The translations under genes and the position numbers were made by a program. Below the pieces are notes generated by a model that did no database searches, was not told where the DNA came from, and was given only the letters and a program-made list of their open reading frames with translations. A stretch of DNA of 63,964 nt, the filler included, from Octopus bimaculoides (Eukaryota), in NCBI RefSeq assembly GCF_001194135.2. It is 7 parts of 6 records of this genome, joined end to end, with 100 filler letters (N's around TTAATTAATTAA, not from the genome) between each part and the next. Parts side by side here need not be neighbours in the genome. Positions count along the whole stretch, not along the records: positions 18,917 to 48,716 come from NC_068990.1; positions 48,817 to 52,611 come from NC_069001.1; positions 52,712 to 60,842 come from NC_068983.1; 4 more parts are not named here. The stretch is one strand, 5' to 3'. Below, one piece after another: positions 38,735-53,112 of this stretch (position 1 is its first letter; every line of letters begins with the position of its first letter).

Positions 38735-39035
38735 TAAGTTTCCGTGGCTTAGCAGTTAGTGTATTCAAATCACGATCGTAAGGTCGTGAGTTCGATTCCT
38801 GGCTGTGCGTTTATTTCACGTAGCACCAATTCACTCAGCTGGAAAAGTGAGTTGTACTTGTAATTCAAAGGGCCAGCCTTATCATATTCTGTGTCATTCT
38901 GAATCTCCCTGAGAATTACGTTAAGAGTACGCGTGTCTGTGGAGTAATCAGCCACTTGAACATTTGTTTCGTAAGCAAGCTGTTCTCCTGATCGGATCAA
39001 ATGGGACAGCCGTCATCGTAACCGACAGAGCGCCA
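38735..39035 (+). mobile_element. SINE family C variant
   Basis: 'gtggcttagcagttag..gagttcgattcctgg..caaagggccagcctt..gatcggatcaa..gtaaccgac'. Confidence 0.7.
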
Positions 39036-39393
39036 GTTACTCTGAGAACTAAAATAAAAATATCGATGAAAGCATGTACTTGCTTTGGGTTTTTTTTCTT
39101 GGTTGGTGAGTCATGAGAAATGATCAGTGCCTTTGCATGCACTCTTCAACCATTGAAATTGATTCTATCAAGGTTCCTTTTGAACTTCTGTGAATCAAGA
39201 CCTGAAGGAAAAGTCATGAGCAACGATGGAATTCGACTGGGTTCGACATTTTAGGAAGAAAGCACTGAGTAGGGTGGAGTGATTATTATTGCGTGGCTAG
39301 AGAGACGATTGGGACGGGAATCTCTGAGTGGAAGTGGAATGAGCCCAGTTAGCTCCAAGGAACCGAGGCCACTATAATAGCTATAATAGTTGT

Positions 39394-39451
<58 letters not shown>

Positions 39452-39541
39452 GAGCCAACGTAACTTAGATCAGAGGTGGAACCGTGTATCTCTGTGTGCG
39501 TATGTATATATGTATATATATTTATATACATNNNNNNNNNN

Positions 39542-39591
<50 letters not shown>

Positions 39592-41712
39592 TGTGCGCGC
39601 ACCTGTGTTCTCTTTCTCTTTTTAATTTAGAATAAGTTCAGACCGGCTACCTACTTGCTAGCAAATTTATGAACGAAAGCATCTTGTTTTGTGCAACATG
39701 CTTTAAATCTTAAGAAAGTCTTGCAGATTTTTATAGTTACAGTTTGTGTGTATGTCCATATGTGTAATATCTGTCCACAGAAATGCATGTGCATAATCGA
39801 CATTTTCTGCTGTATTTTAGGAGTTTCAATGCTTCACTGTTTCTTTTATTCAACTGAGATTGTTATTGAGCCTATGTTCTCGTCTTGGATCGAAAAGGAA
39901 ACATCACACACATGCGCGCGCATATTTTTATACGCACATACCTACATGTACATACGTATATATATATATATATATATATACGTATGTACATGTAGGTATG
40001 TGCGTATATGTATATATATATATATATGCATATGTATATANNNNNNNNNNNNNNNNNNNNNNNNNNNNNNNNNNNNNNNNNNNNNNNNNNNNNNNNNNNN
40101 NNNNNNNNNNNNNNNNNNNNNNNNNNNNNNNNNNNNNNNNNNNNNNNNNNNNNNNNNNNNNNNNNNNNNNNNNNNNNNNNNNNNNNNNNNNNNNNNNNNN
40201 NNNNNNNNNNNNNNNNNNNNNNNNNNNNNNNNNNNNNNNNNNNNNNNNNNNNNNNNNTATATATATATATATATATGCATATTCATACGTACAAGCATAC
40301 ACAAACACATCTATATATATCTATATATCTATATTTACAATCTTAAAAGTCCACACACCGTGTGGAATTTTAAGCTACCCCCTGCGGCAGGCAATGATAA
40401 TAAAGCTTTTATTGGTACCTACCAATTTGGTATTACTTTAAATACTTGCAAGTTCACAAAGTTTGCGAGTTCTTATAAAATGGATGGTTACGGTTGGAAT
40501 ACATTTCATCATAGGTCTCTGTTCGACCAGGTTAAGACTGAAAAACAACACAACAACAATCGAGAAATTAGTCCTAGCTGGTCTTGTGTAACCTCAGATC
40601 AATATTCATGTAGCAGAATAGGATTGATTAGAAGCTACACAAGTTTCAACCATTATATCACCAAAGACCCTCCAGCTATGACTGACCAGTCATTTTAGGA
40701 GAATCTGGAGCTGACTAAATTTAACATACGGTTCTTTTTTTTTTTCTGTAAAGATGGTAAGGTATGATTTGAGGGAGATTTGGTTTTTATTTATAGCTGA
40801 TCAAATAACTTCCCAGATGCTTCTCGCTGATTCGAGAAATCAATAGTATAAACTAATGACATCATCAAAACGCCGACCGACATTTTGACAGCACAAAAGC
40901 TAATTCTAATTCTGCATATTAGTTGCTTTTGTTTCCATTTAATAATTCATAGGTAAAGATAATAAGATAGCTTGTTCAATTATATCTGATGTATTTATAA
41001 CCTTCTCCTGTAAGCTATTTATTTATTCATTAATTTTATTAAACAATTGTCTTATCAAAAATACATCATTCGTATCATCTAATTTTTCTTCATTGTGGCT
41101 AAAACAAACAAACGTAAGTTTGAAAAGACGTTGTATGTTTCTTAAAAATAAATAAATAAATAAGACTTATCAATTTATTAAAAAGATAAAAGTGAAGGAA
41201 CAAGTTTAGTAATGTAGTTAAAAGTCTCGTTTTGTACTCACGTATTTTGAGTATCTTTTTGAGCAGGTGTCCTCATACGAACAAATACATTTCTCTTTAG
41301 CAAAATATTAGAGGAGCTTTTATCTTGCTCATTTCTTTATTATTAACTATGATAAGAGAAGAGAGTCTGCGTTCATGTCTTTCTCCTTTCCTTCATCTCT
41401 CCCCCCCCACGCATATAAACATTTGTGTGTATGTGTGTGCGTGTGTGTTTGTGTATGTATGTATGTATATATATATATATGTATATATNNNNNNNNNNNN
41501 NNNNNNNNNNNNNNNNNNNNNNNNNNNNNNNNNNNNNNNNNNNNNNNNNNNNNNNNNNNNNNNNNNNNNNNNNNNNNNNNNNNNNNNNNNNNNNNNNNNN
41601 NNNNNNNNNNNNNNNNNNNNNNNNNNNNNNNNNNNNNNNNNNNNNNNNNNNNNNNNNNNNNNNNNNNNNNNNNNNNNNNNNNNNNNNNNNNNNNNNNNNN
41701 NNNNNNNNNNNN

Positions 41713-41773
<61 letters not shown>

Positions 41774-42480
41774 TGTGTGTGCCTAAATGTCTAAGAAGAT
41801 CGCTTCGCAATCACAAGGTCCTGGAGGTTCGATATCATACCACTACGGAGCATCGTGAATAAATGTGTTTCTATACCCTCTTGTTAACCTGTACATTGTG
41901 AGCGAAAATGAATGGAAGAAACTATATAGAAAACCAAAAGATGGACTACTATTCCAATTCAAAAGATAATGTTTTGTCATAACCATCTGTGGCGCTGATT
42001 CTACTAGAAAATTACACTGATGGCACATATTTCAGTGAACTGTCTCCAATTATATGCAAATACTATCAGCTGAATACTAACCTTCGAAACCAATGGAGCT
42101 CGAAGTCAATAGGACTGAATAGATATACCGTAGAAGATAAATTTTTGATATATTTACCGTTATATTCACATTATACTAATTTAATAATGCCTACTATGAA
42201 ATATCAAAATGTTTTCGTGTCCCTTTTACACTTTAGTTATAGATAGAGGTGTGTATGCCAAAACAACCTTACATAGACGCTCGAGTGGAGACGTTAAGAT
42301 GATTTTTTAGTATAGCATTGTGTCTAATGGCGGAACTTCAAGCCCTCGAACTTTTTGGTTGGGAGTGGCGTACTATGTGAAGCATAAAACATCAATCATC
42401 AGCTTTTGTAGAGTACAAAGCCCCATTGACAATTCTCTAATTCGGCCCCGCTCTTTCAAGCGCCGGCCCTNNNNNNNNNN

Positions 42481-42554
<74 letters not shown>

Positions 42555-42704
42555 GTATATACCCACACATATATACACAAACATATATATGTAAATTTGT
42601 ATGTACATATACATATGTAACACACTCACACGTATATCTGTGTATGTGTGTGTGTGTGCCTGTATATACATAAGCGTATATAAGTAAAAATGTATGTATG
42701 TATG

Positions 42705-42740
<36 letters not shown>

Positions 42741-43471
42741 TATATGCTTGTGTTCGTTGGTAGATGTGTAATAACTATACATGATATACATGCACACACA
42801 CACACATATATATACATATATATATACATGTGTATATATATACATATATACATACATNNNNNNNNNNNNNNNNNNNNNNNNNNNNNNNNNNNNNNNNNNN
42901 NNNNNNNNNNNNNNNNNNNNNNNNNNNNNNNNNNNNNNNNNNNNNNNNNNNNNNNNNAGGGAAAATAACCAATTTTCAAGAACTCATCGATGAAAATCAA
43001 CTATCACGTATGTATATATGTATGAATGCATGTGTATGCAAGCACGAATAATTTACTCATTTAAGCCTGCTAATATTATATTCATCACGAACATAATAAG
43101 AGACCGAATTCCAGAATTACTGATGTGTTTTCCTTCCAGACCGGAAGGCAGAGTAGACAGAAGTGGCTATGAAGCTAAAAAAGATCATGTGAGAAAGCGA
43201 AAGTCACCGACTGTACAAAGTGATCTATAGCGTTAGAGACACGTTACAGGCGTAAAGAATCCGGAAATATAGAGCAATGCTCTGTAATATAGATTTAATG
43301 TCTCGCGAGGGAGAGAGAAAGAGAGCAGCTGCAGGGACGAAAAAAAAAAAAGCATATGGAAGCGTACTCCAACACCCACACGCCTGTAGGCGCCCAAATA
43401 CTTTCATGAGTACACGAACTCACATATTTATACCTTCATACTGACAACAAATATTATGTGCTACGTGTGCC

Positions 43472-43511
<40 letters not shown>

Positions 43512-43825
43512 TGTGTGTGTACATATTTTATATTTACATATTCATTCACACACACACACACACAAACAGACACACACAAGCACACACACACACACACACA
43601 CACAAACATACACACGTACACTCCACGCACATATATATACATATACATGTTAAACCGTTAATTCCGCCCCTTTTTACTCTCTCCGTTTCTTTTCTTTCTC
43701 TCCATTCTTTGGCTCTCATCACTTTTCGTCGAAGAGCCTAACCACGAAGCAACTAACTAATACACCCGCCTGTTGTTACCTCATCTGTCTTTGTCATTTG
43801 TTTCCTTTACATTTGACCCATAACC

Positions 43826-43868
<43 letters not shown>

Positions 43869-44088
43869 TTAATTCCTCACCACGTCGCAGTTCACCTATC
43901 GCAGTTTATTGTTTCAGCTTACGTCGATTCCTCTTTGGTATTGTTTTGCATTCATAATAAAATAAATATATACAAATGATAAAAATTAAAAAAATAAATA
44001 TACAGTACAGTATTGTTTCCACTTCATGGATTTTCACCTATCGCAGCGGATTTTTGGAACGTAACACCTGCGAAAGTCGAGCGATTAG

Positions 44089-44128
<40 letters not shown>

Positions 44129-44929
44129 NNNNNNNNNNNNNNNNNNNNNNNNNNNNNNNNNNNNNNNNNNNNNNNNNNNNNNNNNNNNNNNNNNNNNNNN
44201 NNNNNNNNNNNNNNNNNNNNNNNNNNNNNNNNNNNNNNNNNNNNNNNNNNNNNNNNNNNNNNNNNNNNNNNNNNNNNNNNNNNNNNNNNNNNNNNNNNNN
44301 NNNNNNNNNNNNNNNNNNNNNNNNNNNNNNNNNNNNNNNNNNNNNNNNNNNNNNNNNNNNNNNNNNNNNNNNNNNNNNNNNNNNNNNNNNNNNNNNNNNN
44401 NNNNNNNNNNNNNNNNNNNNNNNNNNNNNNNNNNNNNNNNNNNNNNNNNNNNNNNNNNNNNNNNNNNNNNNNNNNNNNNNNNNNNNNNNNNNNNNNNNNN
44501 NNNNNNNNNNNNNNATATGTATATATATATGTATATATATATATATACATGTATGTGTGTATATATGTATATATATATGAGTGTTTGTGTATGTATAATT
44601 ACATACATAGGTTTATACATATATACATACGCACATACACACATACACACATGCATATATACGTTCTAAAATCCCCTGCGACAGGTGAAATTTCGCGAAG
44701 TAGAAACAATGCTGTATATTTCCTTATTGTGTTTGTAAGTTGTATATATTTATTTTATTACAAATTAAAAACAACATCATGGAGGAATTGAATAAGCTTA
44801 AATAATAAAACGCGATAGGTGAACTGCGATATGGCGAGTGATTACTATATATATATATATATACACATATACATACACACATCTATATATACATATACAT
44901 ACATATAAATAATATTTATGTATATATAC

Positions 44930-44980
<51 letters not shown>

Positions 44981-45230
44981 AATATATATATTTATATACA
45001 TATACATATATATATATACACATATACATACATATATATATACATACATATATATGTATGTATACATATATAGTTCATTCCTGCGCCTATACCTACCACA
45101 CAGCCACTCCTGCACCTATGTATACATATATATATATATATATAAGTTTAAAAAAAACATAAAAAAACAACAAAGTGAGGACGTGATACGGATACTGTTA
45201 TTGGACGCTCGGGAAAGGAAGGAGAGAGAG

Positions 45231-45265
45231 CACGACGTTTCGGGCGGAGCCCTTCGTCGGAAAGA
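45231..45265 (-). ncRNA. Degenerate hammerhead motif in a PLE-like repeat (about 45175-45410)
   Basis: cttt-CCGACGA-a-gggc(tcc)gccc-GAAA-CGTC-gtg; U4C change and weak stem I; flanks resemble the 8044 copy ('gacgctcgggaa'). Confidence 0.55.
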
Positions 45266-47846
45266 CAGAAAGTTCGGAGAATGGAAAAACGGAGGAAGAG
45301 GAAAATGGCACCGATGCCCACGAGGTTACATTGTGAAAGGACCGGAAGAGGAGGTGGTGGGGGAAAAGTTCATTCTAAGACAGGAGAGTGAAAAAGGGAG
45401 GTGAATATCTGNNNNNNNNNNNNNNNNNNNNNNNNNNNNNNNNNNNNNNNNNNNNNNNNNNNNNNNNNNNNNNNNNNNNNNNNNNNNNNNNNNNNNNNNN
45501 NNNNNNNNNNNNNNNNNNNNNNNNNNNNNNNNNNNNNNNNNNNNNNNNNNNNNNNNNNNNNNNNNNNNNNNNNNNNNNNNNNNNNNNNNNNNNNNNNNNN
45601 NNNNNNNNNNNNNNNNNNNNNNNNNNNNNNNNNNNNNNNNNNNNNNNNNNNNNNNNNNNNNNNNNNNNNNNNNNNNNNNNNNNNNNNNNNNNNNNNNNNN
45701 NNNNNNNNNNNNNNNNNNNNNNNNNNNNNNNNNNNNNNNNNNNNNNNNNNNNNNNNNNNNNNNNNNNNNNNNNNNNNNNNNNNNNNNNNNNNNNNNNNNN
45801 NNNNNNNNNNNNNNNNNNNNNNNNNNNNNNNNNNNNNNNNNNNNNNNNNNNNNNNNNNNNNNNNNNNNNNNNNNNNNNNNNNNNNNNNNNNNNNNNNNNN
45901 NNNNNNNNNNNNNNNNNNNNNNNNNNNNNNNNNNNNNNNNNNNNNNNNNNNNNNNNNNNNNNNNNNNNNNNNNNNNNNNNNNNNNNNNNNNNNNNNNNNN
46001 NNNNNNNNNNNNNNNNNNNNNNNNNNNNNNNNNNNNNNNNNNNNNNNNNNNNNNNNNNNNNNNNNNNNNNNNNNNNNNNNNNNNNNNNNNNNNNNNNNNN
46101 NNNNNTATGTGTGTGTTTATGTGTGTGTGCGTGCGTATGTGTGTGAGAGCGTAAGGATGTGTGCCAGGTATGTGTGTTATTTTGTGTGTGCACTCCTGTG
46201 TGTGTGTGTGCATGTGTATGCGGCTGTGTATGTACGTGTATGTAGGCGTGCGCGTATATATGGGTGTGTCTGCGTGTCTGTGTGTGTATAGGGCTGTGTA
46301 AGGTGTGTGTCTCTACCACTGTGCGTGTGTGTGTGTATGTGCGTTCGTCTATATGTGTGTGTGAGGGCGCGCATGTATGTTTGTCATGTGTGTGGGCGGT
46401 ATATATGTAAGGTGTGTGGGAGGTGTGTGTGTTAGGTGTGTGGGAGGTATGTGCGGTATGTGTGAATGGGGGTATATATGGGTTATGTGTGCAAGGGTGT
46501 GTATGCTTGGGTGTGTGTGTTTGTGTGTATGTTTGCGTGATTGTTAGCGTGTGTGTGTATGTATGTATGTATGTATATACACATACACATATATATATAT
46601 ATGCATGTATATATATAAATATATGTATATATATACGTTTCTTGTTCTAGTCTAATTTTAAAGTTAGTTTAATCCTGACTATATTTAGATTGTATGAATG
46701 TGGTTATCAAGCTTTCACTTTTATTATACTATAAAGAATGGTAAGGAATAAAATGTATGAGTTACAGGCTTAGTCGTCTTTTGGTTACATATTTAGGAGT
46801 TAGTTATTGATTTACTTATTTAATTTATTTACAGACACTGTTATACATAGGGTAAATGTGTTTGAAATTTGTGTATTTTTGGGGTATGTTTGTTCCCAAA
46901 CAACATCTATTTTGGTGCTGATGACACCGCCGGATTGAATGGTACTGGTCAGCTGTTGAAACCATAATGATATCCGTGGGGCAGCTGATTATGGAAATAT
47001 ATCAGATTCTTGGTAAGGCTGTTTTTGTATATGTGGAATAGTGTTATAACACATCCTTCTGATATATATATTTATATATATATATATATATATATANNNN
47101 NNNNNNNNNNNNNNNNNNNNNNNNNNNNNNNNNNNNNNNNNNNNNNNNNNNNNNNNNNNNNNNNNNNNNNNNNNNNNNNNNNNNNNNNNNNNNNNNNNNN
47201 NNNNNNNNNNNNNNNNNNNNNNNNNNNNNNNNNNNNNNNNNNNNNNNNNNNNNNNNNNNNNNNNNNNNNNNNNNNNNNNNNNNNNNNNNNNNNNNNNNNN
47301 NNNNNNNNNNNNNNNNNNNNNNNNNNNNNNNNNNNNNNNNNNNNNNNNNNNNNNNNNNNNNNNNNNNNNNNNNNNNNNNNNNNNNNNNNNNNNNNNNNNN
47401 NNNNNNNNNNNNNNNNNNNNNNNNNNNNNNNNNNNNNNNNNNNNNNNNNNNNNNNNNNNNNNNNNNNNNNNNNNNNNNNNNNNNNNNNNNNNNNNNNNNN
47501 NNNNNNNNNNNNNNNNNNNNNNNNNNNNNNNNNNNNNNNNNNNNNNNNNNNNNNNNNNNNNNNNNNNNNNNNNNNNNNNNNNNNNNNNNNNNNNNNNNNN
47601 NNNNNNNNNNNNNNNNNNNNNNNNNNNNNNNNNNNNNNNNNNNNNNNNNNNNNNNNNNNNNNNNNNNNNNNNNNNNNNNNNNNNNNNNNNNNNNNNNNNN
47701 NNNNNNNNNNNNNNNNNNNNNNATATACATACATATATATAGACATATACATACATATACATATATACACATATATATATACATATATATATATATACAT
47801 ATATATACATATATATACATATATATATATACATATATATATATAC

Positions 47847-47891
<45 letters not shown>

Positions 47892-47899
47892 TACACAGG

Positions 47900-48716
47900 A
47901 ATTTTCAATGGCCGGATAACTGAAGAGATGTTGGCGTGGGTTCCCACCCCAGTATCCGAAACTTCTGTGACCTCATCAGTGGTTCTTTGTTTCCTTCCTT
48001 CTTATGTGTGTCTCACCTTGCTAACTATCAGCCATTTTGTATTTTGTATTCCTATTGTATGTACATACAATTGTATCTACATACGATACAGTTCCTATCA
48101 GTGCAGGGGGTTCTACTGAAAGGGTATGTTCTATTGATAAGGGATTTAATAGGGTTGCCTGGCCTTTCAACAACCTTAATTCTTAGCTTAAGTTTGTCTA
48201 GGGCCCTTCTAAAGCGGTACGCCAGTGCGCCTCTAGGGGTGGTGTCGACGAACATGACGCTCTGGTACTTGTGGCTATCGTACCATGAGCTTGCCTTCCC
48301 TATTTTCTTCTTAGTCCTTGCTATGGTGTTCCATGATTTGATCCTATAGAGTGGGCAAATCATTTGCTCCTATAGGAGCAAATCATGGAACACCATAGAA
48401 AGGACTAAGAAGAAAATAGGGAAGGCAAGCTCATGGTACGATAGCCACAAGTACCAGAGCGTCATGTTCGTCGACACCACCCCTAGAGGCGCACTGGCGT
48501 ACCGCTTTAGAAGGGCCCTAGACAAACTTAAGCTAAGAATTAAGGTTGTTGAAAGGCCAGGCAACCCTATTAAATCCCTTATCAATAGAACATACCCTTT
48601 CAGTAGAACCCCCTGCACTGATAGGAACTGTATCGTATGTAGATTTAGCCCACAAAAGAAATGCAAAACCAGAAATGTGGTCTATAGTATAAGATGTACA
48701 GAGGAACGATGCAGAA
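47900..48716. mobile_element. Penelope-like element remnant with near-perfect inverted duplication
   Basis: Arms 48075-48349 and 48370-48644 are almost identical. They encode [44 protein letters not shown]; the + arm continues KKCKTRNVVYSIRCTEERC (Cys-rich linker preceding GIY-YIG). Confidence 0.8.
47916..47969 (+). ncRNA. Degenerate hammerhead motif with long stem II
   Basis: ataa-CTGAAGA-gatgttggcgtggg(tt)cccaccccagtatc-c-GAAA-CTTC-tgtg; stem I is poor. Confidence 0.45.
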
Positions 48717-48816
48717 NNNNNNNNNNNNNNNNNNNNNNNNNNNNNNNNNNNNNNNNNNNNTTAATTAATTAANNNNNNNNNNNNNNNNNNNNNNNNNNNN
48801 NNNNNNNNNNNNNNNN

Positions 48817-49050
48817 TCCTTTATTCTTTTACTTGTTTCAATCATTTGACCGCGGCCATGCTGGAGCGTCGCCTTAAAGGGCTTTAGTCAGACGAAGAAA
48901 TCGACTCCAGGACTTATTCTTTGTAAGTTTAGCACTTATTCTATCGGTCACTTATGTCGAACTGCTAAGTTACGGGGGACACCAGCATCGGTTGTCATGC
49001 GATGATGGAGAGACAAACACAAACACAAACACAAACACGCATATAATATA
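48817..49050 (-). mobile_element. SINE family A, 3' half
   Basis: 'ttattctttacttgtttcaatcatttgaccgcggccatgctggagc'. Confidence 0.75.
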
Positions 49051-49064
49051 TATGACAGCTTCTT

Positions 49065-49582
49065 GGGGTAAAATATACGAAGCCCAGTATACCCATCATG
49101 ACTACCCGTCTGATAAGGGTACACAAGGCACATGCATCACAACCATATGAGCGCAATATGGTGATCTTATATCAAGATAAATAGTACATGACCTTGCAGG
49201 AGAAGCCCAGTTAGAATTTTCTTCAGGTCAAGTAGCACATTCCACTCAAATGGTCCTTGAATAAGGGTTGTTTAACGGTGCTGAACGAAACACCGATGTT
49301 TCCAGAGATGAATTATTCAAACTTCAAAGAATTCCTTTCAACACATGGCTATGATGCTTCCCCACTACTTCTGCTCATGATCAGAGATGCACATATCGTC
49401 AGCCACCAAGGGACATGCTCAACTGGTTAAGGTCAAACAACTGACAAGCAAATCTGTGGTATTAAACAGGATATTTGCTGTAGCCCATCTTTTATACCAA
49501 GACAAAACAATGTACATGATAACACTTCTAATCAATTAAGATCAGAACCCATTAGAGCCACTGCCTGTTACTGCATCCGGGC

Positions 49583-49584
<2 letters not shown>
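49065..49584 (-). repeat. About 550-bp interspersed repeat, copy 2
   Basis: Reverse complement of 19685-20248; (ATT)n flank. Confidence 0.85.
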
Positions 49585-49654
<70 letters not shown>

Positions 49655-50289
49655 CATTATTATTATGTTACTATTATTATTGCCACCANNNNNNNNNNNN
49701 NNNNNNNNNNNNNNNNNNNNNNNNNNNNNNNNNNNNNNNNNNNNNNNNNNNNNNNNNNNNNNNNNNNNNNNNNNNNNNNNNNNNNNNNNNNNNNNNNNNN
49801 NNNNNNNNNNNNNNNNNNNNNNNNNNNNNNNNNNNNNNNNNNNNNNNNNNNNNNNNNNNNNNNNNNNNNNNNNNNNNNNNNNNNNNNNNNNNNNNNNNNN
49901 NNNNNNNNNNNNNNNNNNNNNNNNNNNNNNNNNNNNNNNNNNNNNNNNNNNNNNNNNNNNNNNNNNNNNNNNNNNNNNNNNNNNNNNNNNNNNNNNNNNN
50001 NNNNNNNNNNNNNNNNNNNNNNNNNNNNNNNNNNNNNNNNNNNNNNNNNNNNNNNNNNNNNNNNNNNNNNNNNNNNNNNNNNNNNNNNNNNNNNNNNNNN
50101 NNNNNNNNNNNNNNNNNNNNNNNNNNNNNNNNNNNNNNNNNNNNNNNNNNNNNNNNNNNNNNNNNNNNNNNNNNNNNNNNNNNNNNNNNNNNNNNNNNNN
50201 NNNNNNNNNNNNNNNNNNNNNNNNNNNNNNNNNNNNNNNNNNNNNNNNNNNNNNNNNNNNNNNNNNNNNNNNNNNNNNNNNNNNNNNNN

Positions 50290-50325
<36 letters not shown>

Positions 50326-50490
50326 CACTTGATGAAGACATTGACAGCGACAAAGGTAGCAATAATGGCAATGATGGAATGGATTCTGCTATTTCGCTCT
50401 CCACAGTTCAAATGCTATTTCACGTTCTGCGTAGACTGACACCGACCAACCAGCCATCAGGCAAAAAATGTTGATAAATCATCCTAGCAA

Positions 50491-50537
<47 letters not shown>

Positions 50538-51087
50538 GCGTTAACTCTATTGCTGCTGTGACTACAAATCGAGCAATAGAGAGCGATAAACAAAGCGCCA
50601 GGCTGAAAACTGTACCAAGGTCGATGTGATAGTCTAAAACTTATTGGACACAGAGACCCAGCATGACCGCAGTTCAACAGGTACAGGCAGTGAAAGAATA
50701 GCAGGTGGGGGGCGGGGACAGAAAGAAAGAAAGAAAGGGAAATGAAGGAAAACTGAAATTCTGCGAGTCCTAGAGTGAGGCAGAAAGAGAAGAGATAGAA
50801 AGTGTGGGGTGGGGGAGAAAGAGAATATAAGACAGACTTGTCACCAACGTTAACTGTGCGAAACTGTCAACTTAGAGAAATAAGAAAGTGAATTCCCCCT
50901 CAGAGTGAGGAAGAAAAACCATTCTTCAGAATCGGAATTGGAATGGTAAAACTTTCGTTCGTCTTCATTATAACCTTCTAAATAACACACAAGGCACCAA
51001 TTGCTTCTTGCATTGACCTATTAGCTTCGAGTCTTGCTTCTTTGATTTGGTTTCTTGCTGTTGTTGTTATTTGCAGTTTTTTTTCAT

Positions 51088-51118
<31 letters not shown>

Positions 51119-51735
51119 TTTCATTGTCAATTGAGGATTTTTGTGTCGGAGAAAAAGTTTCGGGAATATTTGTTATTTTTTGAGCGCTTGAATTTTTTCT
51201 TCTTTTTTCACCTTTTCTTANNNNNNNNNNNNNNNNNNNNNNNNNNNNNNNNNNNNNNNNNNNNNNNNNNNNNNNNNNNNNNNNNNNNNNNNNNNNNNNN
51301 NNNNNNNNNNNNNNNNNNNNNNNNNNNNNNNNNNNNNNNNNNNNNNNNNNNNNNNNNNNNNNNNNNNNNNNNNNNNNNNNNNNNNNNNNNNNNNNNNNNN
51401 NNNNNNNNNNNNNNNNNNNNNNNNNNNNNNNNNNNNNNNNNNNNNNNNNNNNNNNNNNNNNNNNNNNNNNNNNNNNNNNNNNNNNNNNNNNNNNNNNNNN
51501 NNNNNNNNNNNNNNNNNNNNNNNNNNNNNNNNNNNNNNNNNNNNNNNNNNNNNNNNNNNNNNNNNNNNNNNNNNNNNNNNNNNNNNNNNNNNNNNNNNNN
51601 NNNNNNNNNNNNNNNNNNNNNNNNNNNNNNNNNNNNNNNNNNNNNNNNNNNNNNNNNNNNNNNNNNNNNNNNNNNNNNNNNNNNNNNNNNNNNNNNNNNN
51701 NNNNNNNNNNNNNNNNNNNNNNNNNNTATATATAT

Positions 51736-51771
<36 letters not shown>

Positions 51772-52020
51772 GGGGGCATATGGCCTAGTGGTTAGTGTGT
51801 TGGACTCATGATCGCGAGATCGTAGTTTCAGTTCCCAGAACGGGTGCTGCGTTGTGTTCTTCAGCGAAATACTTCACCTCACGTTGCTCGGTGATCACTG
51901 CGACACCTGACGCGTGGCACACCGTGCACCTGTTCAGACAACGTCGATTTGATGGAGTGGAGTGAGCAAATGAGCAGCACAAACATCTGATTACTATCAA
52001 CAATTCATTTGTGCTGGTCA
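51772..52020 (+). mobile_element. tRNA-derived SINE family D
   Basis: A-box 'tggcctagtgg', B-like 'gtttcagttcc'; homologous to 22968-23200. Confidence 0.75.
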
Positions 52021-52285
52021 TACCTGAAACGCCTTTAATCTAAGCTGAGAAGGATCAAGATTAGACTAGGACTGAACATTAACAACAATATAAACAACCA
52101 GGTCGCGATTTCGTTTCACCCGAAGATTAAATCTAGCGCTATATAACTCGCTTCGGTAAAATATAACATTAACATCTCTGAATGTATGTAAGCAGCCATC
52201 TTGTCTTAGATTTTTAGATTAACAGAATTATGACATGGACTATAAGCAAAAGATAGGTATACACTCACACACATACACACACACA

Positions 52286-52329
<44 letters not shown>

Positions 52330-52524
52330 AACTGGCATACTTACATATATGTATACATGTATACGTTTATACATACATGAATACACACATGCATATATGC
52401 ACGCATACATGTATATATTCATAAATACCTATGAATGTACATATTTGTACATATAATGCGCAAATATATATGTACCTGTATTTGTATATGTGTGTACATA
52501 TTCATACATAGCACAATATATATA

Positions 52525-52611
<87 letters not shown>

Positions 52612-52734
52612 NNNNNNNNNNNNNNNNNNNNNNNNNNNNNNNNNNNNNNNNNNNNTTAATTAATTAANNNNNNNNNNNNNNNNNNNNNNNNNNNNNNNNN
52701 NNNNNNNNNNNTGTATATATATGTTTACAGTAGA

Positions 52735-53112
52735 ACTCCGTCGGCTACGAGGACGAGGGTTCCAGTTGATCCGATGGACGGAACAGCTTGTTCGTGAAAT
52801 TAACGTGTAAGTGGCTGAGCACTCCACAGACACGTGTACCCTTAACGTAGTTCTCGGGGAGATTCAGCGTGACACAACAGTGTGACAAGTCTGGCCCTTT
52901 GAAATACAGGTACAACAGAAACAGGAAGAAGGAGTGAGAGAAAGTTGTAGTGAAAGAGTAGATCAGGGTTCGCCACCACCTCCTACTGGAGCCTCATGCA
53001 GCTTTTGGTGTTTTCGCTCAATAAACACTCACAACATCCGGTCTGGAAATCGAAACTGCGATCTCACGACCACGAGTCCGCTGCCCTAACCACTGGGCCA
53101 TTGCGCCTCCAC
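52735..53112 (-). mobile_element. SINE family C, full length
   Basis: Reverse complement of 25641-26000. Confidence 0.85.

Noticed and set aside
40340-40700. About 120-codon open stretch (NLKSPHTVWNF...)
   Set aside because: No recognisable homology; the ORF start is microsatellite/gap-derived.
41989-43230. Short exon-like pieces (ENYTDGTYFSEL...; PEGRVDRSGYEAKKDHVRKRK...)
   Set aside because: Plausible by composition only; they cannot be linked into a gene model.
46915-46975. CTGATGA...GAAA spacing resembling a hammerhead
   Set aside because: Stem II does not close with G-C next to the core, and stems I and III do not pair.
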